Source: an uncultured Gammaproteobacteria bacterium
GTDB taxonomy: Bacteria; Pseudomonadota; Gammaproteobacteria; GCA-001735895
NCBI GenBank assembly: GCA_913061315.1
Contig: CAJXUC010000013.1
Location: 2,764-66,763 of the forward strand
Direction: 5' to 3'
DNA: 64,000 nucleotides
Numbering within the stretch: the first letter of the stretch is position 1; each line of letters starts with the position of its first letter. The notes under the pieces were generated by a model that saw only the letters and a program-made list of their open reading frames with translations, did no database searches and was not told where the DNA came from. This document shows, in pieces, positions 30,298 to 39,237 of the stretch. A program made the position numbers and the translations under genes.

Positions 30298-33200
30298 GTG
30301 GACAATCAGTGGTATGAAGCACTAAAAAGCGGTATTGAAAAACGACCTCTTCTCCAAACACTCGAAGTCAGTGAGGAGACTTTCTCACAAAACTATAAAG
30401 TTGATCTGGCTGCTAGTGACGCTTTATATGATCTGTCAATTTTAGCTGGCGTAACAACCAACGATCCTGTTCAGGCACAACTCGTCAAAATAGAAAAAAG
30501 TCCTAACCAATACTCGATCAAAATCTACACCATGGGCGCGTCCATAAATCTCTCAGATTCAATGCCAATCTTTGAGTCTATGGGCTTAAGCGTATTAATT
30601 AGCCGACCTTATAAAATAACTCTCGGTAGTGAAATTTTCTGGATTCAACATTTTACACTGGGTGAAGGTGAAAATTTATGTGATGTCGATCTCGATAAAA
30701 TACCCCGTTACTTCACTGAATTATTTGGGAATATTTGGCATCAGAAGAGCGAAAATGATGCCTTTAACGAACTCTTGTTCAGTGCTTGTATAAAGGCAAG
30801 CAACATTCAAATTTTAAGGGCCTATACAGCCTATCTGCAACAAATACGATTTCCGCACAGTAGCTCCTATATCACTGAAACATTAAACACTTACCCAGAG
30901 ATTACCCTGCTTTTAGTTGAGTGTTTTCTAAATAAATTTGATCCTCAAAAAACTGAAATGAACGCCTATTCAGATGTACTTCAAACGATTAAAGAAAAGC
31001 TTCATAAAATAGAATCACTCGATCATGATTTAATATACAAACGTATGCTCAACTTAATCGAGTCCAGTGTGCGGACCAATTACTTTCAGCCCTCAGAGTT
31101 TAACGATAACCAAATCAGCTTTAAACTCGACTCAAATTTAATTTTAGGTCTACCTAAGCCAAACCCACGCTTTGAAATATTTGTTTACTCTTCGCGATTT
31201 GAAGGCATTCATTTACGCGGTGGTTTAGTCGCTAGAGGCGGCATTCGATGGTCCGATCGCAAAGAAGATTACCGAACTGAAGTATTAGGTCTCATGAAAG
31301 CGCAAATGGTTAAAAATGCAGTTATTGTTCCAGCGGGTTCTAAGGGTGGTTTTATTACTAAACAAATAGCCAAACTTGATTCTGCTGACATTTATTCAGA
31401 GGTAAAAGCTTGCTATTCACTTTATATTAATGCTCTGTTAGCTTTAACTGACAATCTTCAAAATCACGAAATTGAACGTCCTATTAATACTATTGTATAT
31501 GACGCAGACGATCCCTATCTAGTTGTCGCTGCTGATAAAGGTACCGCGGCATTTTCTGACGTTGCCAATGGCATCGCAGCGGAACACAACTTTTGGCTTG
31601 ACGATGCTTTTGCTTCTGGGGGCTCACAAGGCTATGACCACAAAAAAATGGGTATTACGGCACGTGGCGCTTGGGAGTCAGTAAAACGCCACTTTCGTGG
31701 TATCGGTAAAGACATTCAAACCGAAGACTTTACTGTAGTTGGTATTGGTGACATGTCTGGTGACGTATTTGGTAATGGTATGTTGCTATCACCCTGCATT
31801 AATTTAGTCGCCGCTTTTAATCACATAAACATATTTATTGATCCCAACCCAGACACTAAAAGTAGCTTTACCGAACGTCAGCGTCTGTTTGAATTGCCCC
31901 GTTCTAGCTGGTCTGATTACAACAAAAATCTCATCAGTCAAGGCGGGGGCGTTTTTCCACGCAAAGCTAAATCAATAGATTTATCTCCAGAAATACAGCG
32001 TCTAATTGGCGTTGATCAATCAAGTATTACTCCCAATGAATTGATCGTCTTGCTTTTAAAATCAAAGGTTGATTTGATCTGGAACGGTGGTATTGGAACT
32101 TATATTAAAGCATCGGGTGAAACAGATGCTGACGTATCCGATAAAAACAATGATGCCATTCGTATTGATGGTAACCAAGTAAAAGCCAAATCAATCGGAG
32201 AAGGTGGCAACCTTGGCCTCACTCAGAGAGGTCGAATCGAGTATGCACAATCAGGAGGCTTAATTTATACTGATTCAATCGATAACTCAGCAGGTGTTGA
32301 CTGTTCTGACAATGAAGTCAACATCAAAATTTTGCTGTCAGGATTAATTAAAACAGATCGTTTGAACCAACAAGATCGAAATGATCTTTTGGTCGAAATG
32401 ACAGATGAGGTGGCAGAACACTGCCTGTTTAATAATTATCGACAGACTCAGATCATTGATAATATAGAACAAGACGCCGCTTTGAAAATGCACCGTCATG
32501 CTAGGTTTATGCGCCATCTTGAACGTGAGGGTGTCATTAGTCGCCGGCTAGAAAACCTGCCAAATGACGAACAAGTGGTTGAACGGATAGCACAAAATAA
32601 AGGATTAACTCGACCAGAGCTATCAATATTGCTGTCTTACAGTAAGTTGACCTATAAAAAAGTACTACTAGACTCTTCCTCACTATCTGAAGATTGTTAC
32701 AACCCCTTATTACTTGATTACTTTCCTATCCAGCTTCAAGAAAAATATACACCAGAAATATTACAACACCCATTACGTAAAGAAATCATAGCGACCTTGC
32801 TGAGTAACATGATTACCAACTATATTGGAATTGGGTTTGGCTTTCGTATTCGTGAAGAAACCGGTGCTAGCATAGAAAATATAGCCAAAGCTTATGTTGT
32901 CTGTGTCGAGATATTTGGTTTAAATGATACTTGGCGGTCACTAGAGCAACTTGATAACGTTGTATCTGAACACGATAGGCATGAGTGCTTCCGATCAGTC
33001 ACTGGACTACTAGAGCGCTCTATCAGTTGGCTATTAAGAAATAAAAGTTCAAACTTTGACGTGAGTCAGTTAATTGAAAGGTACAAAACTGACATCAACC
33101 TTTTACATAAGGTGATTTCCAACACGATGATTGGGCAATCTAGGAAAAACTATATCGCTTCGTGTGAACGCTTTATCGAATACAAGCTTCCAGCTGACAT

Positions 33201-33648
33201 TGCTGAAGAACTTGCTGATAAAACTACCTTAGCGTCTGCTTTTGATATAATTGAAATCAAAAGTAAATTAGGCACTGATATTGAGTCCACTGCCAAACTG
33301 TTTTACGCCGTATCTGACCGTTTACAGTTGCACTGGATTCGCAGCTCTACCTCAAAATCTATCGTGCTAAATCACTGGAATAATCTGGCGGTTGTTAACA
33401 TGCGAAACGAATTACATGCAAACCAGCATAAACTGACAGAAATGATATTACAGTCAGTCACTGATAAAAGTCATATTTCTGAGGCACTGGTGCAGTGGGA
33501 AGATCAACATACTGAAGCGCTCGAACGATATGACAATATGATCAATGAACTGAGTGCAATGAGAAATCTGGACTTTCCGGCTATTAGTGTTGCGGTGTCA
33601 GAAGTGAGAAGATTAGCGTCAATAACCTCTCAAGCCCATTTAAGTTAA
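30298..33648 (+). CDS. gdhB: Large-type NAD-specific glutamate dehydrogenase, short (1116 aa) form
   Basis: GGIRWSDRKEDYRTEVLGLMKAQMVKNAVIVPAGSKGGF and VVAADKGTAAFSD..GYDHKKMGITARGAWE are hallmark blocks of the bacterial large GDH family. The start is GTG with a weak RBS. The product is about 500 aa shorter at the N-terminus than the ~1600-aa forms. Confidence 0.88.
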   Translation: MDNQWYEALKSGIEKRPLLQTLEVSEETFSQNYKVDLAASDALYDLSILAGVTTNDPVQAQLVKIEKSPNQYSIKIYTMGASINLSDSMPIFESMGLSVLISRPYKITLGSEIFWIQHFTLGEGENLCDVDLDKIPRYFTELFGNIWHQKSENDAFNELLFSACIKASNIQILRAYTAYLQQIRFPHSSSYITETLNTYPEITLLLVECFLNKFDPQKTEMNAYSDVLQTIKEKLHKIESLDHDLIYKRMLNLIESSVRTNYFQPSEFNDNQISFKLDSNLILGLPKPNPRFEIFVYSSRFEGIHLRGGLVARGGIRWSDRKEDYRTEVLGLMKAQMVKNAVIVPAGSKGGFITKQIAKLDSADIYSEVKACYSLYINALLALTDNLQNHEIERPINTIVYDADDPYLVVAADKGTAAFSDVANGIAAEHNFWLDDAFASGGSQGYDHKKMGITARGAWESVKRHFRGIGKDIQTEDFTVVGIGDMSGDVFGNGMLLSPCINLVAAFNHINIFIDPNPDTKSSFTERQRLFELPRSSWSDYNKNLISQGGGVFPRKAKSIDLSPEIQRLIGVDQSSITPNELIVLLLKSKVDLIWNGGIGTYIKASGETDADVSDKNNDAIRIDGNQVKAKSIGEGGNLGLTQRGRIEYAQSGGLIYTDSIDNSAGVDCSDNEVNIKILLSGLIKTDRLNQQDRNDLLVEMTDEVAEHCLFNNYRQTQIIDNIEQDAALKMHRHARFMRHLEREGVISRRLENLPNDEQVVERIAQNKGLTRPELSILLSYSKLTYKKVLLDSSSLSEDCYNPLLLDYFPIQLQEKYTPEILQHPLRKEIIATLLSNMITNYIGIGFGFRIREETGASIENIAKAYVVCVEIFGLNDTWRSLEQLDNVVSEHDRHECFRSVTGLLERSISWLLRNKSSNFDVSQLIERYKTDINLLHKVISNTMIGQSRKNYIASCERFIEYKLPADIAEELADKTTLASAFDIIEIKSKLGTDIESTAKLFYAVSDRLQLHWIRSSTSKSIVLNHWNNLAVVNMRNELHANQHKLTEMILQSVTDKSHISEALVQWEDQHTEALERYDNMINELSAMRNLDFPAISVAVSEVRRLASITSQAHLS

Positions 33649-33677
33649 ATTACCTTTGCTGGCAAAAGACAATATCA

Positions 33678-33710
33678 AACTTGAAATCGATTTTACTTTG
33701 ATTTCAAGTT
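33678..33710 (+). terminator. Hairpin downstream of gdh (possible terminator)
   Basis: An 11-bp perfect inverted repeat AACTTGAAATC / GATTTCAAGTT with an 11-nt loop begins 30 nt after the gdh stop. No T-tract follows. Confidence 0.4.
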
Positions 33711-34117
33711 GAACTTCAAATAACACTTCAATCTTTTATCTTGGGATTAAATACGATTAAATCGATATTTTTGAGTCACTCCGACTATTTTTTCTAATTT
33801 TATCATATTGATTTAAAGATAATTTAGACATCTGCCATTGATACACTGGGATCCTAGTTGAACTGAAAAAACTTTATAACTCAGACAATTTAAAACCAAA
33901 CTGCACTGCTTTAAATACGCTAAATTCGTATCTTAACGTGTGCTCCGTTATCAATAACCTGAGGAGTATAGGTGAATTTATTGTACTTCAACCAATCAGC
34001 TGATATATAGACAGTCTGAACGATTCATAAATAATCGACTTCAGATTGAAATCTAATTATTTAATCAACTAACGTGAACCACAAAATAACGCATACAACT
34101 AAACTTAAGGAGCAATC

Positions 34118-34708
34118 ATGAGCGCCTGGATAAAAATGATATCGGATGAGGAAGCAGACGAAGAGTTGCTCGATGCTCTCAGCCTTTCTCGCACACCCCA
34201 TGGAACCGTCGATAATGTGATGCGCGTTCACTCCCTAAGACCAAACACGCTGCGGGGTCACGTAATTTTATACCGCGCTGCATTACATGACGACAGTAAT
34301 ACCCTACCCATGTGGCTTCAGGAAACCATAAGTTCTTATGTTTCGATTTTAAATCACTGTCCTTATTCACTGGCCAATCACTGGGCAAATGCACGACATT
34401 TAATTGGTGATAATCTTCGCGCAGATGAAATTAGATCCGCACTGGAAAACCGGTCACCCAGTGACGTTTTTGAAGCTGCCGAGTTAGCACTGATGCAATA
34501 TGCTGAGGTTTTGACGTTACGACCTAGCCAAGTCACCGAATTAGATGTTATTAAACTGCGTGAAAATGGTCTCAATGATGGTGAAATACTCGAAGCTAAC
34601 CAGATTATTTGTTATTTCAATTACGTTAACCGGAGTTTAAATGGACTTGGTGTTACAACCGATAATGACGTTGTTGGTTACTACGCAAACCAAGCCGATG
34701 ATGCATGA
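34118..34708 (+). CDS. Carboxymuconolactone decarboxylase (AhpD-like) family, peroxidase-related protein
   Basis: 196 aa. MSAWIKMISDEEADEELL..VMRVHSLRPNTL and the SILNHCPYSLANH block fit the peroxidase-related CMD subfamily (from memory). A strong RBS (AAGGAG) is present. Confidence 0.7.
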   Translation: MSAWIKMISDEEADEELLDALSLSRTPHGTVDNVMRVHSLRPNTLRGHVILYRAALHDDSNTLPMWLQETISSYVSILNHCPYSLANHWANARHLIGDNLRADEIRSALENRSPSDVFEAAELALMQYAEVLTLRPSQVTELDVIKLRENGLNDGEILEANQIICYFNYVNRSLNGLGVTTDNDVVGYYANQADDA

Positions 34709-35646
34709 AAACGCTTCGAATCCGAGATGACTTTGGACTTAAAATCAGTGATATTGATCTCTGTGAGCCACTCTCTGACTTTCAATTTAAGCAAATACTA
34801 GACTATTTTTATAAATACTCATTACTAGTATTTCCCAATCAGTCATTAACACCCCGGGCACAAGCAGCATTTTGCCATCGCTTAGGGCAGCCGAAAATTG
34901 AAACACGCAAACAGTTTAATTTTCAAGAATGTCCTGAAGTGTCCACCATTGGTAACATCATCGGTAAAAATGATAAACAATTGTCTTTTTTCGCCCGTGG
35001 TGGCTTTGGTTGGCACACGGATGGGACAGCGGCCTGCCACGTTAATGCAGCAACGCTCTTATATGCCGTAGAAGTGCCACGAAACGGTGGTGATACTTTG
35101 TTTTTAAGTACAGCCTCAACTTATGACCGAGCGCCAAATGAATTAAAAAAACAGCTCGAATCCGTCAGTGTTTTATCCAGCTTTCACGCCCACAATGATC
35201 CATTGCTTGAATCGGATCCTGACTCTTTTATAGCACTTAGTCAACAGGAGCGGGATGCTTTGCCCCCTGTTTGGCATAAAGTCATTCAGACTCACCCAGT
35301 GACCAAGCGCTCAGTATTTTATCTCAATCTAGATCCCTTGCAGTTTAAGGGTATTGATGATCAAACTGGGCGTGAATTGTTAAAACAAGTCGTAGAGATA
35401 GCATCACAACCCGAACATGTCTACCAACATCAGTGGACACCCGGTGAGCTCATTATTTGGGATAACCACAGTCTGCTCCACAGTGGCACACCAACGCTAA
35501 TGTATGAGTCTGATCAACGCCTCATGCATCGCTCTTTTGTCTATACCCTACCGACCGAAAGGCCACTCAAAAATTATGACGAGGTCAGTCAGATTTTTAT
35601 GCCGACAAGTGACTCCATAAAGCTTTCTGATTTTGATGTTAGTTGA
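34705..35646 (+). CDS. TauD/TfdA-family Fe(II)/2-oxoglutarate dioxygenase
   Basis: 313 aa. GWHTDG (H-x-D iron ligands) and IWDNHSLLHSG blocks are present. It has an ATGA start/stop overlap with the CMD gene. Confidence 0.85.
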   Translation: MKTLRIRDDFGLKISDIDLCEPLSDFQFKQILDYFYKYSLLVFPNQSLTPRAQAAFCHRLGQPKIETRKQFNFQECPEVSTIGNIIGKNDKQLSFFARGGFGWHTDGTAACHVNAATLLYAVEVPRNGGDTLFLSTASTYDRAPNELKKQLESVSVLSSFHAHNDPLLESDPDSFIALSQQERDALPPVWHKVIQTHPVTKRSVFYLNLDPLQFKGIDDQTGRELLKQVVEIASQPEHVYQHQWTPGELIIWDNHSLLHSGTPTLMYESDQRLMHRSFVYTLPTERPLKNYDEVSQIFMPTSDSIKLSDFDVS

Positions 35647-35650
35647 TGGA

Positions 35651-35968
35651 CTAAAAGTAACCCTTGTAAATTTTTAGATGCAACGCCCCATTCATCCATC
35701 CAATACAGGCAGTGAAGTCAAATATCGGTAAGCCAGTTCTCACTTTAACATCCACTGTGAAGGGCGGCAGGCTCGTGCACTTCATCAATATTGCCGCAAT
35801 TTTTGGATCTTTTTTAGGGACCTGCTGAATCGCTAATACCACATTTACACGAAGATCATCAGTCTCATAACTAGTGTCCTTGCCCCCCATACACATCGAA
35901 TAAAAAACTTCTGACTCGTCTAACCCAACTAAGGTTACTCGATGATTAACCTCTCCACCAACAGCTGA
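35651..35968 (-). pseudogene. C-terminal fragment of an Asp/Glu/hydantoin-racemase-family gene
   Basis: The open frame covers only ~105 codons (..VGGEVNHRVTLVGLDESEVFYSMCMGG..IAAILMKCTSLPPF..GLPIFDFTACIGWM). This matches the C-terminal third of that family (..ILLECTNLPPY..PVYD..), and no N-terminal part is present. Confidence 0.5.
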
Positions 35969-36450
35969 AAAAAATCACTCGTTAGCAGTTTTTTAGATGC
36001 TGTAACAACTACGACCGATTGGTCTAGTTTCAGCATTGGCAGAATGATGGGAATCATAATAAAGGTTAAAGTGAAACACATGAATATTAAGTTCTGCAGC
36101 AATCACTGGTTGAATGAACGAAAAAAACCACAACACATAGCGATTGAATGTACGCCACCAGCTTCCAGTCGCTTTGTTTTGATAATACAATTTTGCACGA
36201 CCTCGGTATAACTTCGATTATAGTTAGTTAAAGTGGTATATGGATTACTATTAACGCCCGAGATGTCTCAAATCAGAATTGGGAACGCATAAGTTATAGG
36301 ATTAACTCAGTCACCAGGAGGAATCGGGTAACGTTTCCCTTCAAATTTCATAATGTCAATACTACAACCTTGAAAACCTTACCCCCGGTTAAAATCGTAA
36401 GAATAACCTTACTAGTTTTTGCCGTTAGACCATTTTTTCTAAAACCTTTA

Positions 36451-37179
36451 TTAGGTAAAAGAGGCCCAAGGACTATTGATGGGATGCTCAATATAATTTT
36501 TGCTCTTTATATAATTTGCTATTTTAGGCGTTTTTTCAAATGACCTAATGAAAGAGGAAAGTGCTGGTCGATTGGCGTCCTGTATAGAGCCCGGTACCAT
36601 TAACGTCATTTGCCAGAATAGTTCGTAAAGTACAAAGTCCACCAAGGATAAGCGGTCTCCAACAAAGAAGTCTCTGTTCTTAAGATTAATTAAATAACTT
36701 TCAAATCGATCCAGGTAATAAGGCAGGATGTCGGATGAAAACTGTTTGAATGCGAATGCGTAACCATGGCCTAATGTATAAGCCGTTTCAATTATTTTAT
36801 TGCGAAAGTCGTAGGCCTCATCTTGCAACATGTCAATTTCTATACGATCAATGTCTGAATCACCATAAAAGTCAAACCGACGGGCTAAATATCGAAGAAT
36901 GGTATTACTTTGAGAAATACTAATTGCATTAGCCTCACTACTATCGATTAAATAAGGCAAATTGGGAAAAGGCATTTCTAACTTGAACTTCACACGGTTC
37001 CAATCGTCGTCTTCCATGCTTTCATCTAATATCGTTCCATCTTGCAAAACACCAAACCTAACTTCAGAAAAAGATATGTCACTAGCAATCAGTAGAAATC
37101 GAATGGGTTGTGCCAACCCTCGTATCCCCCAGTAACCCAGTGTAATATCTGCTTTATGTTGAATTAGTTTTTGAACCAT
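36451..37179 (-). CDS. Mu-class-like glutathione S-transferase
   Basis: 242 aa. LGYWGIRGLAQPIRFLL, KFKLEMPFPNLPYLID, ISQSNTILRYLARRF, FFVGDRLSLVDFVLYE and FIRSFE..IANYIKS parallel mammalian GSTM1 (LGYWDIRGLAHAIRLLL, KFKLGLDFPNLPYLID, ITQSNAILCYIARKH, WFAGNKITFVDFLVYD, FISRFE..ISAYMKS). Confidence 0.9.
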   Translation of the reverse strand: MVQKLIQHKADITLGYWGIRGLAQPIRFLLIASDISFSEVRFGVLQDGTILDESMEDDDWNRVKFKLEMPFPNLPYLIDSSEANAISISQSNTILRYLARRFDFYGDSDIDRIEIDMLQDEAYDFRNKIIETAYTLGHGYAFAFKQFSSDILPYYLDRFESYLINLKNRDFFVGDRLSLVDFVLYELFWQMTLMVPGSIQDANRPALSSFIRSFEKTPKIANYIKSKNYIEHPINSPWASFT

Positions 37180-37418
37180 AATATTTTATCCTACAATTTA
37201 GAAGCAAGTTTGTATAAAACATAAGAAGCACAAATTGATCGAAACCAACATATAGCTTTAAGAAGTGTGTGTCGACACATTAACAATTCGCCTACCAAAT
37301 CAATTTTAACAATTGTTTCAGCTAAATTTGCACAGATTAGTTTACCTAGGTGTTAATGAACTTTGTTCATATCTAGATTATGTATACTAGTTTTAACAAT
37401 TTTTAAAAACAAACTCCG

Positions 37419-38352
37419 ATGAACGATATCGTCGATAAATTCAGGTTTGCTATCGAACCGTCAGACTGCCAGCGAACACCAAAATCATTCGAACTAGGTG
37501 ACGTATCCCAGAAATATTTGCCTAGCGGCGTAGTCCATGACTCTCGTGACATCAAAATCTATGATTTGTATTCCTGTCATGCTATGAGATCCAGAAAATG
37601 TAATTTCGACAGAAATGAATACATTGACTATTTTAGCGGCCGTGATGCGTTGATGTTGGGTCATAATAATCTTCAGGTAATTAATGCAATGAAAACGCAG
37701 CTGATGCATGGCACTCAATTTACTAACAATCACAAACTAAAAGTTATCTGGGCGTAGGAAATTTGTGAAGTGATACCAAGTGCAGAAAAAATTCGATTTC
37801 ATTCATCTGGAACCGAAGCAACGCAAATAGGCAGCAATGCCTCTCGCTTATTGAATCGTGAAAAAAGCATATATTCCGATACATTTAAGACCTATCTGGT
37901 ATCAGCGACAACTGGCATTGAACCGTGAAAAAAAATCATTCAACATAGCTCTGCCTTTGAGCAGGTTAATGATATGGCAATCAGAAACAGGCTGGGTTTA
38001 AACCATGTAATTAAGCCTAAAGGTTTGGACTGGTTGGTTTATGAAGAGACATCTGCTTTCACTTGTACAGGGGTAACGAATTATTCATCCAAGATTGAGC
38101 TAAGTTCTATCCAAAACAGATCGGCCGGCAGAGTCTTAATAAACAACTACCAGACACAACTCGTTTTTTAAAACTTGCGATGAATACTAACCGCGTTGAA
38201 ATGTCCGGATGGTCAGAAAGATTCATATCAGCAACATACACGGAGGAAGATATTGATGAAAGTATTGAGGTTTTTACAAAAAGTATTGAATTATTAAAGC
38301 CTATTTTAGAATTTCAGTTGACTCAGTATCGCTGCAGAAAAACATCGCATTA
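37419..38352 (+). pseudogene. Class III (GSA-aminomutase-like) aminotransferase, degraded
   Basis: The N-terminal block YLPSGVV..YIDYFSGRDALMLGHNNLQVINAMKTQL runs into an in-frame TAG at 37755. It continues as EICEVIPSAEKIRFHSSGTEATQ and then diverges. The C-terminal block ..ISATYTEEDIDESIEVF ends at 38352. The total span is ~930 nt where ~1300 nt is expected. Confidence 0.7.
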
Positions 38353-39111
38353 ATTGTCCAAGCGTATCCAAATACTAGTATGTGCCACACTGAAGTGATA
38401 TTTTCGTTCATGTTCACGGATTAAAAACGGTAGATCAAGGGTCCCTTTCAAACTGAACTTATTTTCAAGCACTGATGTGATGCTGTCATGTGACGTCACT
38501 TCTTTTCCATCACTTTTAAATCCGCCTAAGCGTTCTTCAGGAGCAGTAAACTCATCCCACCAAGTAAAGGGTGAACAAATCACAAGCTGAGCTCCAGGAT
38601 TAGCAATATCTGCTAGATTTTCAAGTGCGCGACGTGGATATGGTAATCGGTCCAAAACATTGGCAAATATGATAGCATCAAAACGGCCAATAGACTCAGG
38701 CAAGGCTTCAGCATCACCTTGCAAGAAGCTCACCCGTTTAGGATTAACGCCGTTTGGGATTTGATTAATAACAGCATCACCCAACTTACCTTCCCGCTTC
38801 AGTATTAAGGGTATTTGTTGGGTTTGAAGTACCTCGTTGGCAGCGTCGATAAAGGCATGGGAAAAATCGATACCCACTACTTCCGAGCAGAATCTAGATA
38901 ATTCTAAGCTGGTTCTACCCACCGAACATCCGAGATCAAGCGCCTTGGAATGATGGGGTAATTTCGATGGATCGATGCATTCGGCCAAGCGCGCGTGAAA
39001 ACCAAAAGCTTGATGCGGTGCAATTTCCCAAGGTAGGGTCTGCAACTGATTGGCATAGTGAAAAACTAGATATTCGTTGACCTGTTCTTCAGTTTCATAA
39101 TATTCCGGCAT
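38350..39111 (-). CDS. Class I SAM-dependent methyltransferase (resembles the stand-alone OvoA C-terminal type)
   Basis: 253 aa. ALDLGCSVGRTSLEL (motif I), VVGIDFSHAFIDAA and FDAIIFANVLDRLPYP are present. The N-terminal YYETEEQVNEYLVFHY resembles, from memory, the putative 4-mercaptohistidine N1-methyltransferase family. Confidence 0.75.
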   Translation of the reverse strand: MPEYYETEEQVNEYLVFHYANQLQTLPWEIAPHQAFGFHARLAECIDPSKLPHHSKALDLGCSVGRTSLELSRFCSEVVGIDFSHAFIDAANEVLQTQQIPLILKREGKLGDAVINQIPNGVNPKRVSFLQGDAEALPESIGRFDAIIFANVLDRLPYPRRALENLADIANPGAQLVICSPFTWWDEFTAPEERLGGFKSDGKEVTSHDSITSVLENKFSLKGTLDLPFLIREHERKYHFSVAHTSIWIRLDN

Positions 39112-39237
39112 GATTATTTCTCCATAGATTTTAAATTATGTACTCATAAACACTAATTGAAACTCAACGGGGTGTTTTTTAACATATAACATAAATTTAT
39201 ATTGGATTACCTTTTAAAGCTATGTCATTATACATTA

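Noticed and set aside
25440-37757. Possible TAG recoding (e.g. pyrrolysine or read-through), because several disrupted genes carry in-frame TAG codons (25.9 kb remnant, 26516, 26760, 37755)
   Set aside because: The same genes also contain frameshifts, TAA/TGA stops and large deletions. TAG is also used as a normal stop, for example in the DUF1116 gene at 45489-45491. No pyl genes were seen. Ordinary pseudogenisation explains the pattern.
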